Notes: generated from the sequence alone by a model not told the origin. A DNA stretch of 64,000 nucleotides from an uncultured Verrucomicrobiae bacterium (GCA_963801815.1 CAWDGJ010000002.1:96001-160000); one strand, 5' to 3'. Shown: positions 43,642 to 55,400, numbered from the stretch's first letter. Numbers and translations: made by a program.

Positions 43642-44991
43642 ATGAGTGCAGGCATTTCTTCGGGAAGAAGGCCGTGGTATCGGCCATCGCTGACTACGCA
43701 AATCATGCTGGGACTCATGGTCGGCGCGTTGATCGGTTGGCTGCGCCCGGATTGGGGCAATAAAGTTTATTTCCTGCGAGATATTTTCATTAATCTGATC
43801 AAGTCGATCATCGCGCCGCTGGTTTTCTCCACGATCGTCGTCGGCATCGCCGGTGCCGGCGCCTTGAAAAAAGTTGGCCGTATCGGAATCAAAGCGCTCA
43901 TTTTCTTCGAAGTTGTCACCACGGCTGCCCTGTTCATCGGGCTCGCGGTTGTGAACCTCACCAAACCCGGAGCCGGCGTGACGCTGGCAGCGAGCAACAC
44001 GGATATCGCCAATAAGATCGGACAAACCCACGCCCAAGGCTTTGTCGAAACGATCGTCCACGTTTTTCCATCGAGCGTGATCGACGCGATGGTGCGCGGC
44101 GACGTACTGCAAATCGTCGCGTTCAGCGTGTTGTTTGCGCTTGCGATCTCCGCTGTCGGCGAAAAAGGACAACCGATCGTGCGCGCGATGGGTAGTCTCG
44201 CGCAAATCATGTTCAAATTCACAAATTACGTGATGATGTTTGCGCCCCTCGGCGTCGGCGCGGCGATGGCGCACACCATCGGCACCCAGGGACCGGGGGT
44301 GCTCGTAAATCTGGGGAAACTGATCGGTTCTCTTTATCTCGCGCTGATCATTTTTATCGTCGCCATTTTCGGAGCCGTGATCTGGATCGCGCGGATTCCG
44401 TTGCGGCAATTCTTCCGCGCGGTCCGCGAACCGGCGGCGCTCGCCTTTGCAACTACCAGTAGCGAATCAGCGCTGCCGAAAGCGATGCAGGCAATGGAAC
44501 GCTTCGGTGTGCCCCCATCAATTGTCGGCTTCGTGATGCCGACCGGTTACTCGTTTAACCTTACCGGATCGACATTGTATCTGGCGATGGCGTCCGTCTT
44601 TGTTGCCCAAGCGGCCGAGACGACGATCGGCTGGCACATGCCGATCGGTCAGCAAATCGTCATGATGTTGACATTGATGTTGACCTCGAAAGGCGTCGCC
44701 GGCGTGCCGCGTTCCTCACTCGTGATTTTACTTGGAGCTTTGAATTCGTTTGTCCCATCCGGGCTCGGGCCGGTCGGCGTTGCGATCATTTTTGGAGTGG
44801 ATGAGCTGATGGATATGGGACGCACCGCCGTGAACGTGATTGGAAATTGCCTGGCAACGGTCGTGGTCGCGCGTTGGGAAAAGGAATTCGATGAAAAGCG
44901 AGCACACATTTTCGGAACACCGCAGGAAGCCGAACTTGATTTGAAATCAGGCGACGTCGCGTTCGCCGACGCAGTCCGCCAGGGGGATTAA
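43642..44991 (+). CDS. Dicarboxylate/amino acid:cation symporter (GltP/DctA family)
   Basis: AFATTSSESALP, PTGYSFNL, TSKGVAGVP, DMGRTAVNVIGN. Confidence 0.93.
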   Translation: MSAGISSGRRPWYRPSLTTQIMLGLMVGALIGWLRPDWGNKVYFLRDIFINLIKSIIAPLVFSTIVVGIAGAGALKKVGRIGIKALIFFEVVTTAALFIGLAVVNLTKPGAGVTLAASNTDIANKIGQTHAQGFVETIVHVFPSSVIDAMVRGDVLQIVAFSVLFALAISAVGEKGQPIVRAMGSLAQIMFKFTNYVMMFAPLGVGAAMAHTIGTQGPGVLVNLGKLIGSLYLALIIFIVAIFGAVIWIARIPLRQFFRAVREPAALAFATTSSESALPKAMQAMERFGVPPSIVGFVMPTGYSFNLTGSTLYLAMASVFVAQAAETTIGWHMPIGQQIVMMLTLMLTSKGVAGVPRSSLVILLGALNSFVPSGLGPVGVAIIFGVDELMDMGRTAVNVIGNCLATVVVARWEKEFDEKRAHIFGTPQEAELDLKSGDVAFADAVRQGD

Positions 44992-46380
44992 CTAAAACTC
45001 AGCGCTACCAGGCGTGCGGGCGAACGGAATCACATCGCGGATATTCGAGACGCCGGTCACGAACATAAGCATCCGTTCAAATCCAAGACCGAAGCCGGCG
45101 TGCGGCACCGTGCCGTAGCGGCGAAGATCGAGATACCATTTGTAATCGACCGGATCCATTTTGTGACGACGCATATTTTCCTCGAGCACATCGAGACGTT
45201 CTTCACGCTGGCTTCCGCCCACGATTTCGCCAATTCCCGGAACGAGCAGGTCCATCGCAGTCACCGTTTTGCCGTCGTCGTTCAAGCGCATGTAAAACGG
45301 TTTGATCTCTTTCGGGAAATTGAAAACCGTCACCGGACATTTGAAATGCTTTTCAGTGAGCCAGCGCTCGTGTTCGGATTGCAGGTTCAATCCGTACTCG
45401 ACCGGGAATTCGAACTTCTCACCGCTCTTCTTTAAAAGCTCGATTGCCTCGGTGTAAGTCGTCCGCTGAAATGGTCGCTCGAGAACAAAATCAAGCCGAG
45501 AGAGAAGTTCCTTGTCCACAAACTTCGAGAACAAATCCATTTCATCCGGGCAATTCTCGCGAATATCGCGAACCAGATATTTCACAATCTCTTCGGCGAG
45601 GTCCATGTTGCCGCTCAAATCGCAAAACGCCATTTCCGGTTCAACCATCCAGAATTCGCTCGCATGACGTGAAGTGTTCGAATTCTCCGCGCGAAACGTT
45701 GGTCCGAACGTGTAAACCTTCGACAACGCGCAGGCGAAGGCTTCCGCTTCAAGCTGGCCGCTCACCGTCAGATAAGTCTGGCGGGCAAAAAAATCTTTCG
45801 CGTAATCGATCTCAGCACCCTGTCGTGGCGGATTCTTGAGGTCGATCGTCGAGACGCGAAATAATTCGCCAGCGCCCTCGCAGTCGCTCCCGGTGATTAT
45901 CGGAGTATGAACGTAAACAAAACCGCGTTCCTGGAAGAATTTGTGAATAGCGAAAGCAAGCCGGCTCCGAACACGAAAGACCGAGCCGAACAGATTCGAT
46001 CTCGGCCGTAAGTGCGCGATCTCGCGGAGAAATTCCGGGGTGTGTCCTTTCTTCTGAAGCGGATAGGAATCGTCGGCCAGACCGATAATCTCGATTTTGT
46101 CCGCAACCAGTTCCCACTTCTGTCCCTTACCCTGAGATGCGATCAGCGCTCCGATTACGCGGAGCGAAGCGCCAGTCGTTAATTTTTGAATGTCGGAGTA
46201 ATTCGGCAGCGAGTTTCGCGCGATGACTTGTAAATTGCGCAGTGACGAACCGTCGTTCAGCTCGATGAACGAAAAATCCTTCGAATCACGGCGCGTCCGC
46301 ACCCAGCCCTGAACGTGGATGGAATCTACCGGGCTGCCGCTTTCGAGCGCAGACTTGATGGAAGTTGGTGCGAGCGTCAT
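44992..46380 (-). CDS. asnS: Asparagine--tRNA ligase
   Basis: [51 protein letters not shown]. Confidence 0.96.
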   Translation of the reverse strand: MTLAPTSIKSALESGSPVDSIHVQGWVRTRRDSKDFSFIELNDGSSLRNLQVIARNSLPNYSDIQKLTTGASLRVIGALIASQGKGQKWELVADKIEIIGLADDSYPLQKKGHTPEFLREIAHLRPRSNLFGSVFRVRSRLAFAIHKFFQERGFVYVHTPIITGSDCEGAGELFRVSTIDLKNPPRQGAEIDYAKDFFARQTYLTVSGQLEAEAFACALSKVYTFGPTFRAENSNTSRHASEFWMVEPEMAFCDLSGNMDLAEEIVKYLVRDIRENCPDEMDLFSKFVDKELLSRLDFVLERPFQRTTYTEAIELLKKSGEKFEFPVEYGLNLQSEHERWLTEKHFKCPVTVFNFPKEIKPFYMRLNDDGKTVTAMDLLVPGIGEIVGGSQREERLDVLEENMRRHKMDPVDYKWYLDLRRYGTVPHAGFGLGFERMLMFVTGVSNIRDVIPFARTPGSAEF

Positions 46381-46479
46381 TTGACCGGCCAACTCTTCAC
46401 GCTTTGCGCATAACACGCAACGAAGCGCATAAAACTTTTGCGCGGACCTTACCCGCGTTCGTCAAATGCCAGTCCGGGC

Positions 46480-47652
46480 CTACGGGGTGGCAGACATTTT
46501 CAGCGCTTCGCGCAAATGCGGAACGAGTCGCTTACTAAATTCAACCGAATCGCCGGCGGTCAAATGCGACCATTCGGGACAATCGAAACCCGAGAGTTCC
46601 GGAAAATCGGAATAATAGATGCCGGGCGCGTGCGTCATTTGGAGCAACGGATCCCAGTTTTGCTGGCGCGGCGTGATTTTGTCCTCGAGCTCTTTCAATC
46701 CGCCAGTGTTCGGAAAGCGCACGAAGATAATCTTGCCACCGCGGGCCCGAATTTTTTCGACATCGGCGACCGTATCGGCGAAACGTTTTCCGATCCCCTC
46801 CTTCATTTTCGCCATGAAAACATCCTTCGGGATGTAACTGGGTGGAGGCGGCGGAGTGAAAAGGGGGAGCCAGATTTGTTGGATCCGTTTCGCTAATTCG
46901 CTTCCCGGTTCCGCGCATTTCTCCCACATCCGCGCACGGCGTTCGTGATCAACAACGTCAAAGTACGGTGGAAATCTCGGCGGCACGCGCGCACCCGGAC
47001 GATTTGGAATTGGCAACTCATTCAACAGCGCTTCGAGGCTGAGATCATCCGGTTTTAGAAAGGCGACATGTTCCTCCAGCGGCATGGCGAGATATTCGCT
47101 AACGTGTTGGGCCGGTGTTTGATTATGAAATCGTTTCACCGTTTTTTCGGCGCGCTCCATTGGCGGACTACCCGGCGGCGCGAAAAACAACATCGGCACG
47201 AAGCTACAAATAATTGTCCCATGAAAGCTCGCGTCCCTGGCGAGGTCGTCCAGCACGGGGAAAGCGGTTGAGCCGGCGATTGCGAGTTGAAGTGGCCTCT
47301 TCCCCAAACCCTTTTGAAATTCATCAAGATCGCAATCGAACCAGGCGCGCGAATCGCCAATAATCACGATCGATTCCGGCTGAACTCTCCGGCGCGTCAG
47401 AGTCCAAAGGTCTTCGTTGTCGTTGAGCGTCGGCGCATAACCGAGCGATCGGGCATGCCATTCCCAGGCTGCAGTCGCGGCGATCACGATGATCGTAATG
47501 ACGACCGAGATTCCACGCCACGGCGCTGGAGGAATTGGACGCTCGAATTCCAGCGGCGGCCCGCCGTGAATTTGTTCTTCCCGCGAAGGTTTGCGGAAAA
47601 ACAACCGCGGCAGTCGCAGTCGTTCTCTAAAATTGGAAATAGATGAACGCAT
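46480..47652 (-). CDS. Membrane-anchored SGNH-like protein (putative periplasmic acyltransferase partner)
   Basis: Single TM segment, IIGDSR block, C-terminal PEWSHL; overlaps the end of the MBOAT gene. Confidence 0.65.
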   Translation of the reverse strand: MRSSISNFRERLRLPRLFFRKPSREEQIHGGPPLEFERPIPPAPWRGISVVITIIVIAATAAWEWHARSLGYAPTLNDNEDLWTLTRRRVQPESIVIIGDSRAWFDCDLDEFQKGLGKRPLQLAIAGSTAFPVLDDLARDASFHGTIICSFVPMLFFAPPGSPPMERAEKTVKRFHNQTPAQHVSEYLAMPLEEHVAFLKPDDLSLEALLNELPIPNRPGARVPPRFPPYFDVVDHERRARMWEKCAEPGSELAKRIQQIWLPLFTPPPPPSYIPKDVFMAKMKEGIGKRFADTVADVEKIRARGGKIIFVRFPNTGGLKELEDKITPRQQNWDPLLQMTHAPGIYYSDFPELSGFDCPEWSHLTAGDSVEFSKRLVPHLREALKMSATP

Positions 47653-49048
47653 TACTGGTCCCTTGAGTGAAAATGATGGCGAACGCCATGAAAGATCCGA
47701 TCGCGGTGATCGCCCAGGCCGGTAAGCGCATGACCGTCGTCTCAAACGATTCGTCACGCATCGACCAGTGCATGGCAACAACCCCGACCGTAACGATTCC
47801 AATCTGCAAAAGTTCACGCGTGGTCAGAATCATATCGCCGTTCGAGTGACCGCCGAACATTCCGGTCAGCATTCGGCTGGCGATCGTGAAATCGGACGCG
47901 CGAAAAAATACCCAGGCGATGCAAACCGCTCCGTAAGTCGCAAAACCCGCGACAATGCGCGTCAATGGATGGCCGGCCCACGTCTTGTTTTCGAAGAAAA
48001 CCCGAAAGACGCGCTCAATCACCAGGTAGGAGCCATGCAATAACCCCCATACGACAAAGGTCCAGGCTGCGCCGTGCCAGAGACCGCCCAGAAACATGAC
48101 GATGACAAGATTGAGCGCGGCCCGAAACGGCCGGACCTGATTACCGCCGAGCGGAATGTAAAGATAATCGCGCAGAAATGTGGAAAGTGAAATGTGCCAG
48201 CGCCGCCAGAAATCGGAAAAACCGATTGCGGCGTAGGGAAAACGAAAGTTGTCCTTGAGATGGAAGCCCAACGACAGCGCGGCACCGATCGCGCAGATCG
48301 AGTAGCCGGCGAAATCAAAAAAGATCTGGCCGGCAAACGCCAGCACGCCGGCCCACGAATCGAGCGCCACCAGCGGCCCGCCATAGCCAAATACGCGATC
48401 GGCCGAGCCGGAGAGTAGCGTATCGGCGAGAACGATTTTCTCGAACAGACCCAGCGTCATCAACGCGAGGCCCCAGAGAAATTGGTTGGGTTTGAGACGG
48501 GCCGGGTGTTCAAGCTGCGGCAGAAAATCGCCCGCGCGGACAATTGGACCGGCGACCAGCTGCGGGAAGAATGAGACCGCGAGGATGAAATCGCGCAGCG
48601 ATCGCGTCGGCTTCAACACCCCGCGATAAATGTCGAGCGTGTAGGAAAGTGAATGAAAAGTGTAAAACGAAATTCCGACCGGCAGAAGAATATCGAGATG
48701 CGGCGGTTGGTAGATGATCCCGACGCGAGCGAGTAACCATTGGAAATTTTGCAGCAGAAAATTTCCGTACTTGAAGAAACCGAGCATGCTCAGATTCATA
48801 CAGACACTGGCCACCAGCCACCGTTTCCTGGCGGATTGGCCTTGCGCTTTGCCGATTTGCCGGCCGAGCCAGAAATCCATCGCCGTCGTGGAAAACAGCA
48901 GCGCGGCGAATGGCGGATTCCACGCGCCGTAAAAAATGTAGCTGGCGACGACGAGCAGGTTTTTTCGCAGCTCCCAGCCGCGAATACTCCAATAAAGCGT
49001 TACGACGATCACGAAAAAGACGACGAACGTGAGCGAGTTGAAAAGCAT
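47627..49048 (-). CDS. MBOAT O-acyltransferase (AlgI/DltB family)
   Basis: MLFNS, LPVGISFYTF, FFPQLVAGPIVR, DFAGYS, FWRRWHISLS, GLWHGA. Confidence 0.94.
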   Translation of the reverse strand: MLFNSLTFVVFFVIVVTLYWSIRGWELRKNLLVVASYIFYGAWNPPFAALLFSTTAMDFWLGRQIGKAQGQSARKRWLVASVCMNLSMLGFFKYGNFLLQNFQWLLARVGIIYQPPHLDILLPVGISFYTFHSLSYTLDIYRGVLKPTRSLRDFILAVSFFPQLVAGPIVRAGDFLPQLEHPARLKPNQFLWGLALMTLGLFEKIVLADTLLSGSADRVFGYGGPLVALDSWAGVLAFAGQIFFDFAGYSICAIGAALSLGFHLKDNFRFPYAAIGFSDFWRRWHISLSTFLRDYLYIPLGGNQVRPFRAALNLVIVMFLGGLWHGAAWTFVVWGLLHGSYLVIERVFRVFFENKTWAGHPLTRIVAGFATYGAVCIAWVFFRASDFTIASRMLTGMFGGHSNGDMILTTRELLQIGIVTVGVVAMHWSMRDESFETTVMRLPAWAITAIGSFMAFAIIFTQGTSNAFIYFQF

Positions 49049-49149
49049 TTTGGGAAGTTCTAATTACGCTGCCGATGGCAACGGCCAATCTGCGCCAGCC
49101 ACATTGCGGCAGCTGTTTTAGACGTTATCTCACCAAGTCGCAAGACTTT

Positions 49150-49212
49150 GGAGGGATGGGCTCCGTCCCGTCTATGCAATACTTATCGGACGACACGGAG
49201 GTCGTCCCCTCC
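49150..49212. repeat. REP-like GGAG...CTCC palindromic element
   Basis: GGAGGGATGGGCTCCGTCCCGTC...GGACGACACGGAGGTCGTCCCCTCC. Confidence 0.7.
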
Positions 49213-49317
49213 ATTAGCTTTGAATATGCGGCCCGCTTTCCTTTTTGCGCCCGGTGTCCGACTTCGTGAGGCTACGGCGTGACAAGGTTCTCGTAGGATC
49301 GAAAATCGAGGACGGTT

Positions 49318-49911
49318 ATGAAACATTTTTTCCTGCTTGCTCCAGGCGCCGGAGCGCCGTCATCCCATCCATGGATGCAGCGTTGGAAGGAACGCCTCAC
49401 TAAAATCGGTGAGGTCGAGACGCTCGATTACGATTACATGCGCGACGGACGGAAACGGCCGGACCGATTGCCTCAATTAATTCAAAAGCATCGAACAGCT
49501 CTCGTCAGCGCGCGCCAAAAATTTGCCGGACCAATTTTCCTGATCGGCAAGAGCATGGGCGGCCGGATCGGTTGCCATGTTGCGCTCGAAGAGAAAGTGA
49601 ACGGCGTGGTTTGCCTCGGCTATCCGCTTTGCGCGATGGGAGACCGAACGAAGCTGCGCGATGAAGTCTTGCTCGCGTCGCGAACGCCTATTCTTTTCGC
49701 GCAAGGGACACGCGACGTTCTTTGCCCGCTCGATTTACTCGAAGGCGTGCGTTCCAAAATGATAGGGCCCAATTTTCTCCACGTTGTGCAAGGCGGCGAT
49801 CATTCCCTTCTCGTCCGCAAAAAAGATCTCATTGGTGAAACCCAGGACGATGTCGACCAGCGAATCCTAAAGGCGATCAGTGAATTCGTCGGCCAATTTG
49901 GTGAATCGTGA
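49318..49911 (+). CDS. Alpha/beta hydrolase
   Basis: GKSMGG nucleophile elbow, QGTRD, GGDHS. Confidence 0.88.
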   Translation: MKHFFLLAPGAGAPSSHPWMQRWKERLTKIGEVETLDYDYMRDGRKRPDRLPQLIQKHRTALVSARQKFAGPIFLIGKSMGGRIGCHVALEEKVNGVVCLGYPLCAMGDRTKLRDEVLLASRTPILFAQGTRDVLCPLDLLEGVRSKMIGPNFLHVVQGGDHSLLVRKKDLIGETQDDVDQRILKAISEFVGQFGES

Positions 49912-49962
49912 AAGTGGCGCTTTCAGTTGGCAATCTTACAGCGCAAGAATTGAAGACGATCA

Positions 49963-52700
49963 CTAAAGGGCCTTGTAGGTATAGCTGTTGGAGATCCAGA
50001 CACCGCCAACCTGCGAATAAAGTCTGACGTAGACCGTTCGCCCATCGGTCGGGATGTTGGTTACCGTTTGAGAAAGCGCATGCAAAACTGATGACGCATA
50101 AATGTCCACCGCCCCGGGAGAACTTCCGACTGTCAATACGTAGGCGGTTGCGCTGCCCGCGGTCCACTGAAACGTAACGGTTGAACCACCGAAGGTTGAT
50201 CCCGGCGTCGGACTGATCATTACTGCGGCACCCGCCGCTGGGGTTGGGGTTGGGGTCGCAGTTGGCGTTGGTGTTACAGTGGGCGTCGGCGTTGGCAGTC
50301 GAGTGTCGGAGCGTTGTTAGAAGCCTTGTAAGTGTAGGCGTTATTTACCCAGACGTTGTTGACTCGGGAGTAAAGCGTTGCAAAGACAGTTCGGCCGTCG
50401 GTAGGAATATTATGAACGACCGCTGACAGCGAATTAGTGAGTCCAGACGAGTAAATGTCCGTGCCCTTGGCAGCACTGCCGAGTGTTAAAATGTAAGCGT
50501 TCGCGCTTCCAGCGGTCCACTGAAACGTAACAGTTGAACCGGGAAGCGTTGAACCGGTGACAGGACTGATCATTACTGCGGGACCCGGCGCTGGCGTTGG
50601 GGTCGGAGTGAGAGTTGGAGTCGGAGACGCCGTCGGCGTTGGAGTCGCTGTAGGTGTCGCGGTCGGCGTCGGTGTAGGTGTAAGTGTTGGTGTTGGCGTG
50701 GGCGTGGGAGTCGGCGTTGGTGTTGCGGAAGGAGTCGGGGTCGGAGCGCCGTTAGAAGCCTTGTAAGTGTAGGCGTTATTTGCCCAAACGTTGTTAACTC
50801 GAGAGTAAAGCGTGGCAAAGACAGTTCGGCCGTCGGTAGGAATATTGTTAACGACCGCTGAAAGCGAATTAATGAGTCCAGACGAGTAAATGTCCGTGCC
50901 CTTGGCAGCACTGCCGAGTGTTAGAATGTAGGCGTTCGCGCTGCCAGCGGTCCACTGAAACGTAACGGTTGAACCACTAAAGGTTGATCCCGGCGTCGGA
51001 CTGATCATTACTGCAGGACCAGCGGTTGGAGTTGGGGTCGGAGTCGGCGTTCCCGTTGGTGTAACAGTCGGAGTCGGCGTGGAAGTTGGAGTCGGAGTCG
51101 GCGAACCTAACGGCACGGCTTGGATTTGTGCGACGAATGGATCGGGATCGCCGGTGCGTGTGTCTATCCAAATGGGAATGGCCGGGACGGTGGAGTTTGT
51201 CGCTTCCGCGATCCCCTGATAATCACCGAGCATGTAACCACTCGAAGTGAGCGGCGCAAGCGATGCATCGGTGGAAACATCAGTGACGCGGATGTTCGGT
51301 TGCCAGGTTGACCCGCCATCGAATGATTGCGCAAAATAAAGGTCGACCAGTGTGTCCGAGCCGGGATTCGCACGATGATCGTAAAAGACCGCGGTCAAGA
51401 CCTCACCGTCAGGAGAGACGTTGATCGCAGGATTAAAAACGCCGTCGCCGGGAGGATTGTCGCTGATCGCGATCGGAGTCGACCAGGTGTTTCCTCCGTC
51501 GACCGATTTGGTGAAGACAATTCTCGGATTACCACTGAGCAAAGTCTGGTAGACGACATAAAGATTTCCGTTGGTTCGATCGGCAACGGCAGCCGGCAAA
51601 AACGAGCCGGTGCGAATCGACGGTTCGTTGTATTCCAGCGACTGGGTTGTGATCAGCTTTGCGCTCCCGAACGTCGCACCGCCGTCGGTGGAAATCACGG
51701 CCTCGAGATGTTCGCCGGGATGCCCGCTTGTTCCGAAACTCCAATAGATAATCACGAGATTTCCATTCGGAAGAAAGACTGGCTGCGAGCCTTGAGCATT
51801 GCTCGCGGACGAACTGATCGACACGGCGTTGTTGAATGACGCGCCGCCGTTATCACTGTACGCGCGAACAATCGAGCCGCCGTCCGCGCTGGTATCCGTG
51901 AAAGCGGTAAATGTAATGACGATTCGCCCGGCCGTCGCCGTCGACGCGAAGGTGTTAATGGCCATCCAGGGTTTGTCCGGAAAGATGGCGCCTCGCGATG
52001 GCCGATAGACGACCGTTGGCGCAGCAAAGGTCTGACCGCCGTCAAAAGAACGGCTTAAGAGAACGGCGCCGTTATTGAAATTGGAATCAGTCGCGCCTTC
52101 GGTGGTGAGAAAAACCGTTCCGTTCAAATCAACGCCGGCGACCGGGTCGGTATCACGAAAATAAGTTCCACCGGACGCCTGAGTGAGATTCGGGATCAGC
52201 GCGCGCGTCCAATTCGCGCCGCTGTCCGTGCTAATGGAATAGCCGCCATCGACCGCACCGGCGTCCTCAAAGCGACCTTCCTGAAATACCGCGATCAAAA
52301 AACTCTGGTTCACCGGCGAACGCGCAATATGCGGTTCGGCTTGCGCTTTCATTCCCGGCGGCAACGCGGCGGGATCATTCCCAAGTCGAATGTTCGGGCC
52401 GACTCGAGGATCGAGCAGGGCCCTTGGGCTTTGTTGGGTAGCCATCGAAGGTACTGTTCTCGACTGATCACGTGGCCGAACGAGGTCGCCGGCCTGATCG
52501 AGCAACATCAGCGCGCCAGACGACAGATGATTGAACGGTACGTTGGCCAACGCTTTCGGCAGACGATTGCGATTAACGGCAGAGGTTGGCGGGGCGTTTG
52601 GAATCGACTGATGCTGCGCGAACGAAACCGTTATGACCGACAGCGCGAGAACCAATAGAAGAAGCCGGCGTTTTGGTTGCGTCCAATCGGCCAACTTCAT
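49963..52700 (-). CDS. Secreted BNR/Asp-box (sialidase-like) beta-propeller with three repeated modules and Pro/Thr linkers (frameshift near 50300)
   Basis: Asp boxes STDSGANW, SFDGGQTF, SDNGGASF, STDGGATF, SVDGGNTW, SFDGGSTW; three AVMISP..GST...TVTFQWTAGSA...YTYKA modules. Confidence 0.85.
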
Positions 52701-52727
52701 TTGAACCCAATGAAGGTAGCTTACGAA

Positions 52728-54683
52728 TCAACTGAGTGGCAACCAGTTGCCCGGTTGCGGTGCGGGCTTGGTGCCGTTGAGGGAAAGGTAGGTATATTCC
52801 TGAAGCAAGCGCTCGTAATCGGAAAGAAGTTTCATCGCGTCGTTCGGCTTGAGAAAATCGGTTTTGATCGCGTCGTCGACTTGCACTTTGAGCAGGCGCA
52901 TCAATTCGACCTTGTCCCATTGCGTCATCGAAAGAACCTCGCCGATCGTGCTGCCCTCAATGACTTCCTCGATGTACCAGCCGCTTTCTTCGTCAGGATC
53001 CAGGAAAATGTGAGCCTCCGTGACGCGGCCGAACAGATTGTGGAGATCACCCATGATGTCCTGGTAGGCGCCGACCATGAACACACCGAGATAATAAATT
53101 TCCCCGGGGATGATGCGATGGAGCGGAAGCGTGTCGCGCACGTCCTGCAAATCGGTGAACTTGGAAACTTTGCCGTCGGAGTCGCAGGTGATGTCGACGA
53201 TTGTGCCGTAACGGTCCGGCGGCGTGGTCAGGCGATGGATCGGCATGATCGGAAACAATTGTCCAAGTGCCCAGTGATCAAGCAGCGATTGGAACACCGA
53301 AAAATTGCAAATGTATTGATCTGCGAGTGAAGTCTCGAGTTCCTTCACCTCGTCGGGCACATAACGCAGGCCGCGATGCATGTTAACGATCTGCTGGGCC
53401 AACTGCCAGTAAACGGCGTCGATCTTTGCTTTGGATTCGAGTTCAAGCAGACCGAGGTTGAACGTTTCCTGGGATTCCTCCTTGATTTGCTGAATGTCGT
53501 GCAAGCTCTCGATCCGGTTGCCGCGCTTCAATCGCTGCTTCACGTCGAGAATGTCGCCGACGAGTTTGTGGTCCTTCTCAGTGGCCTCGACTCGCAGCTT
53601 CGGCACCGTTTTCTCGATTGAACTGAACGCTTCCATCACCAGCACAGAATGGTGCGCAACCACAGCCCGACCGCCCTCGCTCACGATCGATGGATGGGGA
53701 ACATTTTCTGAATCGCACACGTCCATGATGTTCCAAACAACGTCGTTGGCGTATTCCTGTAGCGAATAATTAGCGGAGCTGTCGAAATCGCTGCGGGAAC
53801 CATCGTAGTCGACGCCAAGTCCGCCACCGACATCGAGGTAGCCAAGCTCATGGCCGAGCTTGGCCATCTTGGCGTAGTAACGCGCGGCTTCGCGGACCGC
53901 CCGTTTGATGGTTGAAATATCGGGAACTTGCGAGCCGACGTGGAAATGAATCAGCTTCAGGGTGTGGGCGAGGCCGGCGGCCCGTAGCATTTCGCTCGCT
54001 GCAACCAGGCCCGTGGTGTCGAGACCGAACTTGGCGTTCTCGCCCGCGCTCGGTGACCATTTGCCGGAGCCTTTGCTGTGGAGACGAACGCGAATGCCGA
54101 TGACCGGCTCGACGCCAACTTCCTTGGAAGCGCGGATAGTCGCCTCAAGTTCTTCGATTTTTTCGACAACAATGACAACAAGCTTGCCAAGCTTGCGACC
54201 AAGCAACGCGATCCGAATGAACGCCGGGTCCTTATAGCCGTTACAAATGATCAAGCTCTCCGGATCCTTGTGCATCGCGAGCGCTGCGACGAGTTCCGGT
54301 TTGCTGCCCGCCTCCAGGCCAAAATGATATTGCTGACCGGCGTCGACGATTTCTTCAATCACTTCGCGGAGCTGGTTCACCTTGATCGGAAAAACGCCGC
54401 GATAATGACCTTTGTAACCGAATTCGTTGATCGCGTCTTGAAATGCGAGGTTTACAGCCGCGACCCGGTGGCGCAGCAGGTCTTGAAACCGGATGACGAG
54501 TGGGAAACTTAAGCCGCGTGAACGCGCCTCGCTGACAACTTCGAGAATGTTAATGCTTCCACCGTTTTCCTGAAGCGGCTTGGCCACGACATTGCCTTCG
54601 GAGTTGACCGTGAAATATCCGCCGCTCCAGCCGTCGACATTGTACGTCGCAATCGCGGCATCAACGTCCCAATCGTTCTTCAT
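52728..54683 (-). CDS. speA: Biosynthetic arginine decarboxylase
   Basis: FPIKVNQ, GLEAGSKPEL, HFHVGSQ, DVGGGLGVDYDG, DITCDSDG, GAYQDIMGDLHNLFG. Confidence 0.96.
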   Translation of the reverse strand: MKNDWDVDAAIATYNVDGWSGGYFTVNSEGNVVAKPLQENGGSINILEVVSEARSRGLSFPLVIRFQDLLRHRVAAVNLAFQDAINEFGYKGHYRGVFPIKVNQLREVIEEIVDAGQQYHFGLEAGSKPELVAALAMHKDPESLIICNGYKDPAFIRIALLGRKLGKLVVIVVEKIEELEATIRASKEVGVEPVIGIRVRLHSKGSGKWSPSAGENAKFGLDTTGLVAASEMLRAAGLAHTLKLIHFHVGSQVPDISTIKRAVREAARYYAKMAKLGHELGYLDVGGGLGVDYDGSRSDFDSSANYSLQEYANDVVWNIMDVCDSENVPHPSIVSEGGRAVVAHHSVLVMEAFSSIEKTVPKLRVEATEKDHKLVGDILDVKQRLKRGNRIESLHDIQQIKEESQETFNLGLLELESKAKIDAVYWQLAQQIVNMHRGLRYVPDEVKELETSLADQYICNFSVFQSLLDHWALGQLFPIMPIHRLTTPPDRYGTIVDITCDSDGKVSKFTDLQDVRDTLPLHRIIPGEIYYLGVFMVGAYQDIMGDLHNLFGRVTEAHIFLDPDEESGWYIEEVIEGSTIGEVLSMTQWDKVELMRLLKVQVDDAIKTDFLKPNDAMKLLSDYERLLQEYTYLSLNGTKPAPQPGNWLPLS

Positions 54684-54831
54684 CTTTCTCGTCCGCCGAA
54701 ATCAGAGGCAATGCGCATAATCATTCACAGCAGCTAACATGCAAGCCTGCGTGCAAAGAAAATTTGTCCGGCAAGGTCGCGCGAATGGGGTCGCTTGTTT
54801 TTCCTTTCCGAACGGATAACGTTCGCGGGGG

Positions 54832-55305
54832 ATGAACAAGACGGTGATCGAGGTGCAGGTGCGGGCGGTGTTGCCAACGAGCGGCGGTTGCGCGGTTTTT
54901 ATCGGGAATAACGACAAAGTCTTCATCATCTATGTCGATCAAACCGTGGGAAGCGCGATCACCATGTTCATGCGTGACATCACCAAAGAGCGGCCGCTGA
55001 CGCACGACTTGATGGCACATTTGATGACGGCGTTGGGAGCGAAAGTCGAACGCGTGATCATCAATGATCTGAAAAATGCGACCTACTATGCACGGGCGAT
55101 CATTCGCGCCGAGAACGAGCTGCATCAGAAAAAGATCGTCGAGCTCGATGCGCGTCCGAGCGATTGCATTGCGCTGGCGACGCAACAGAAGGCGCCGATT
55201 TACGTCAGCCAGGAAGTCTGGGACGAAGTCGACGACATGAGCGACGTCCTCCGCAAAATGGAGGAAGAAGGGCTCAAGCCCGATCCCGAAACTGAAGAAG
55301 AATAA
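54832..55305 (+). CDS. Bifunctional nuclease family (DUF151) protein
   Basis: RPLTHDL, TYYA, DARPSDCIALA motifs. Confidence 0.9.
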   Translation: MNKTVIEVQVRAVLPTSGGCAVFIGNNDKVFIIYVDQTVGSAITMFMRDITKERPLTHDLMAHLMTALGAKVERVIINDLKNATYYARAIIRAENELHQKKIVELDARPSDCIALATQQKAPIYVSQEVWDEVDDMSDVLRKMEEEGLKPDPETEEE

Positions 55306-55395
55306 GGTGGATCGAGCGCTCCGCGCTCGATGTTAGTCTGAGCGGCTGAGAAGCCGCATTATTTTTAGCATCGCCCGCGGAGCGGCCGATCCACC
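55306..55395. repeat. GGTGGA-family palindromic element, copy 3
   Basis: GGTGGATCGAGCGCTCCGCGCTCGATG...CATCGCCCGCGGAGCGGCCGATCCACC. Confidence 0.9.
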
Positions 55396-55400
55396 AAACA

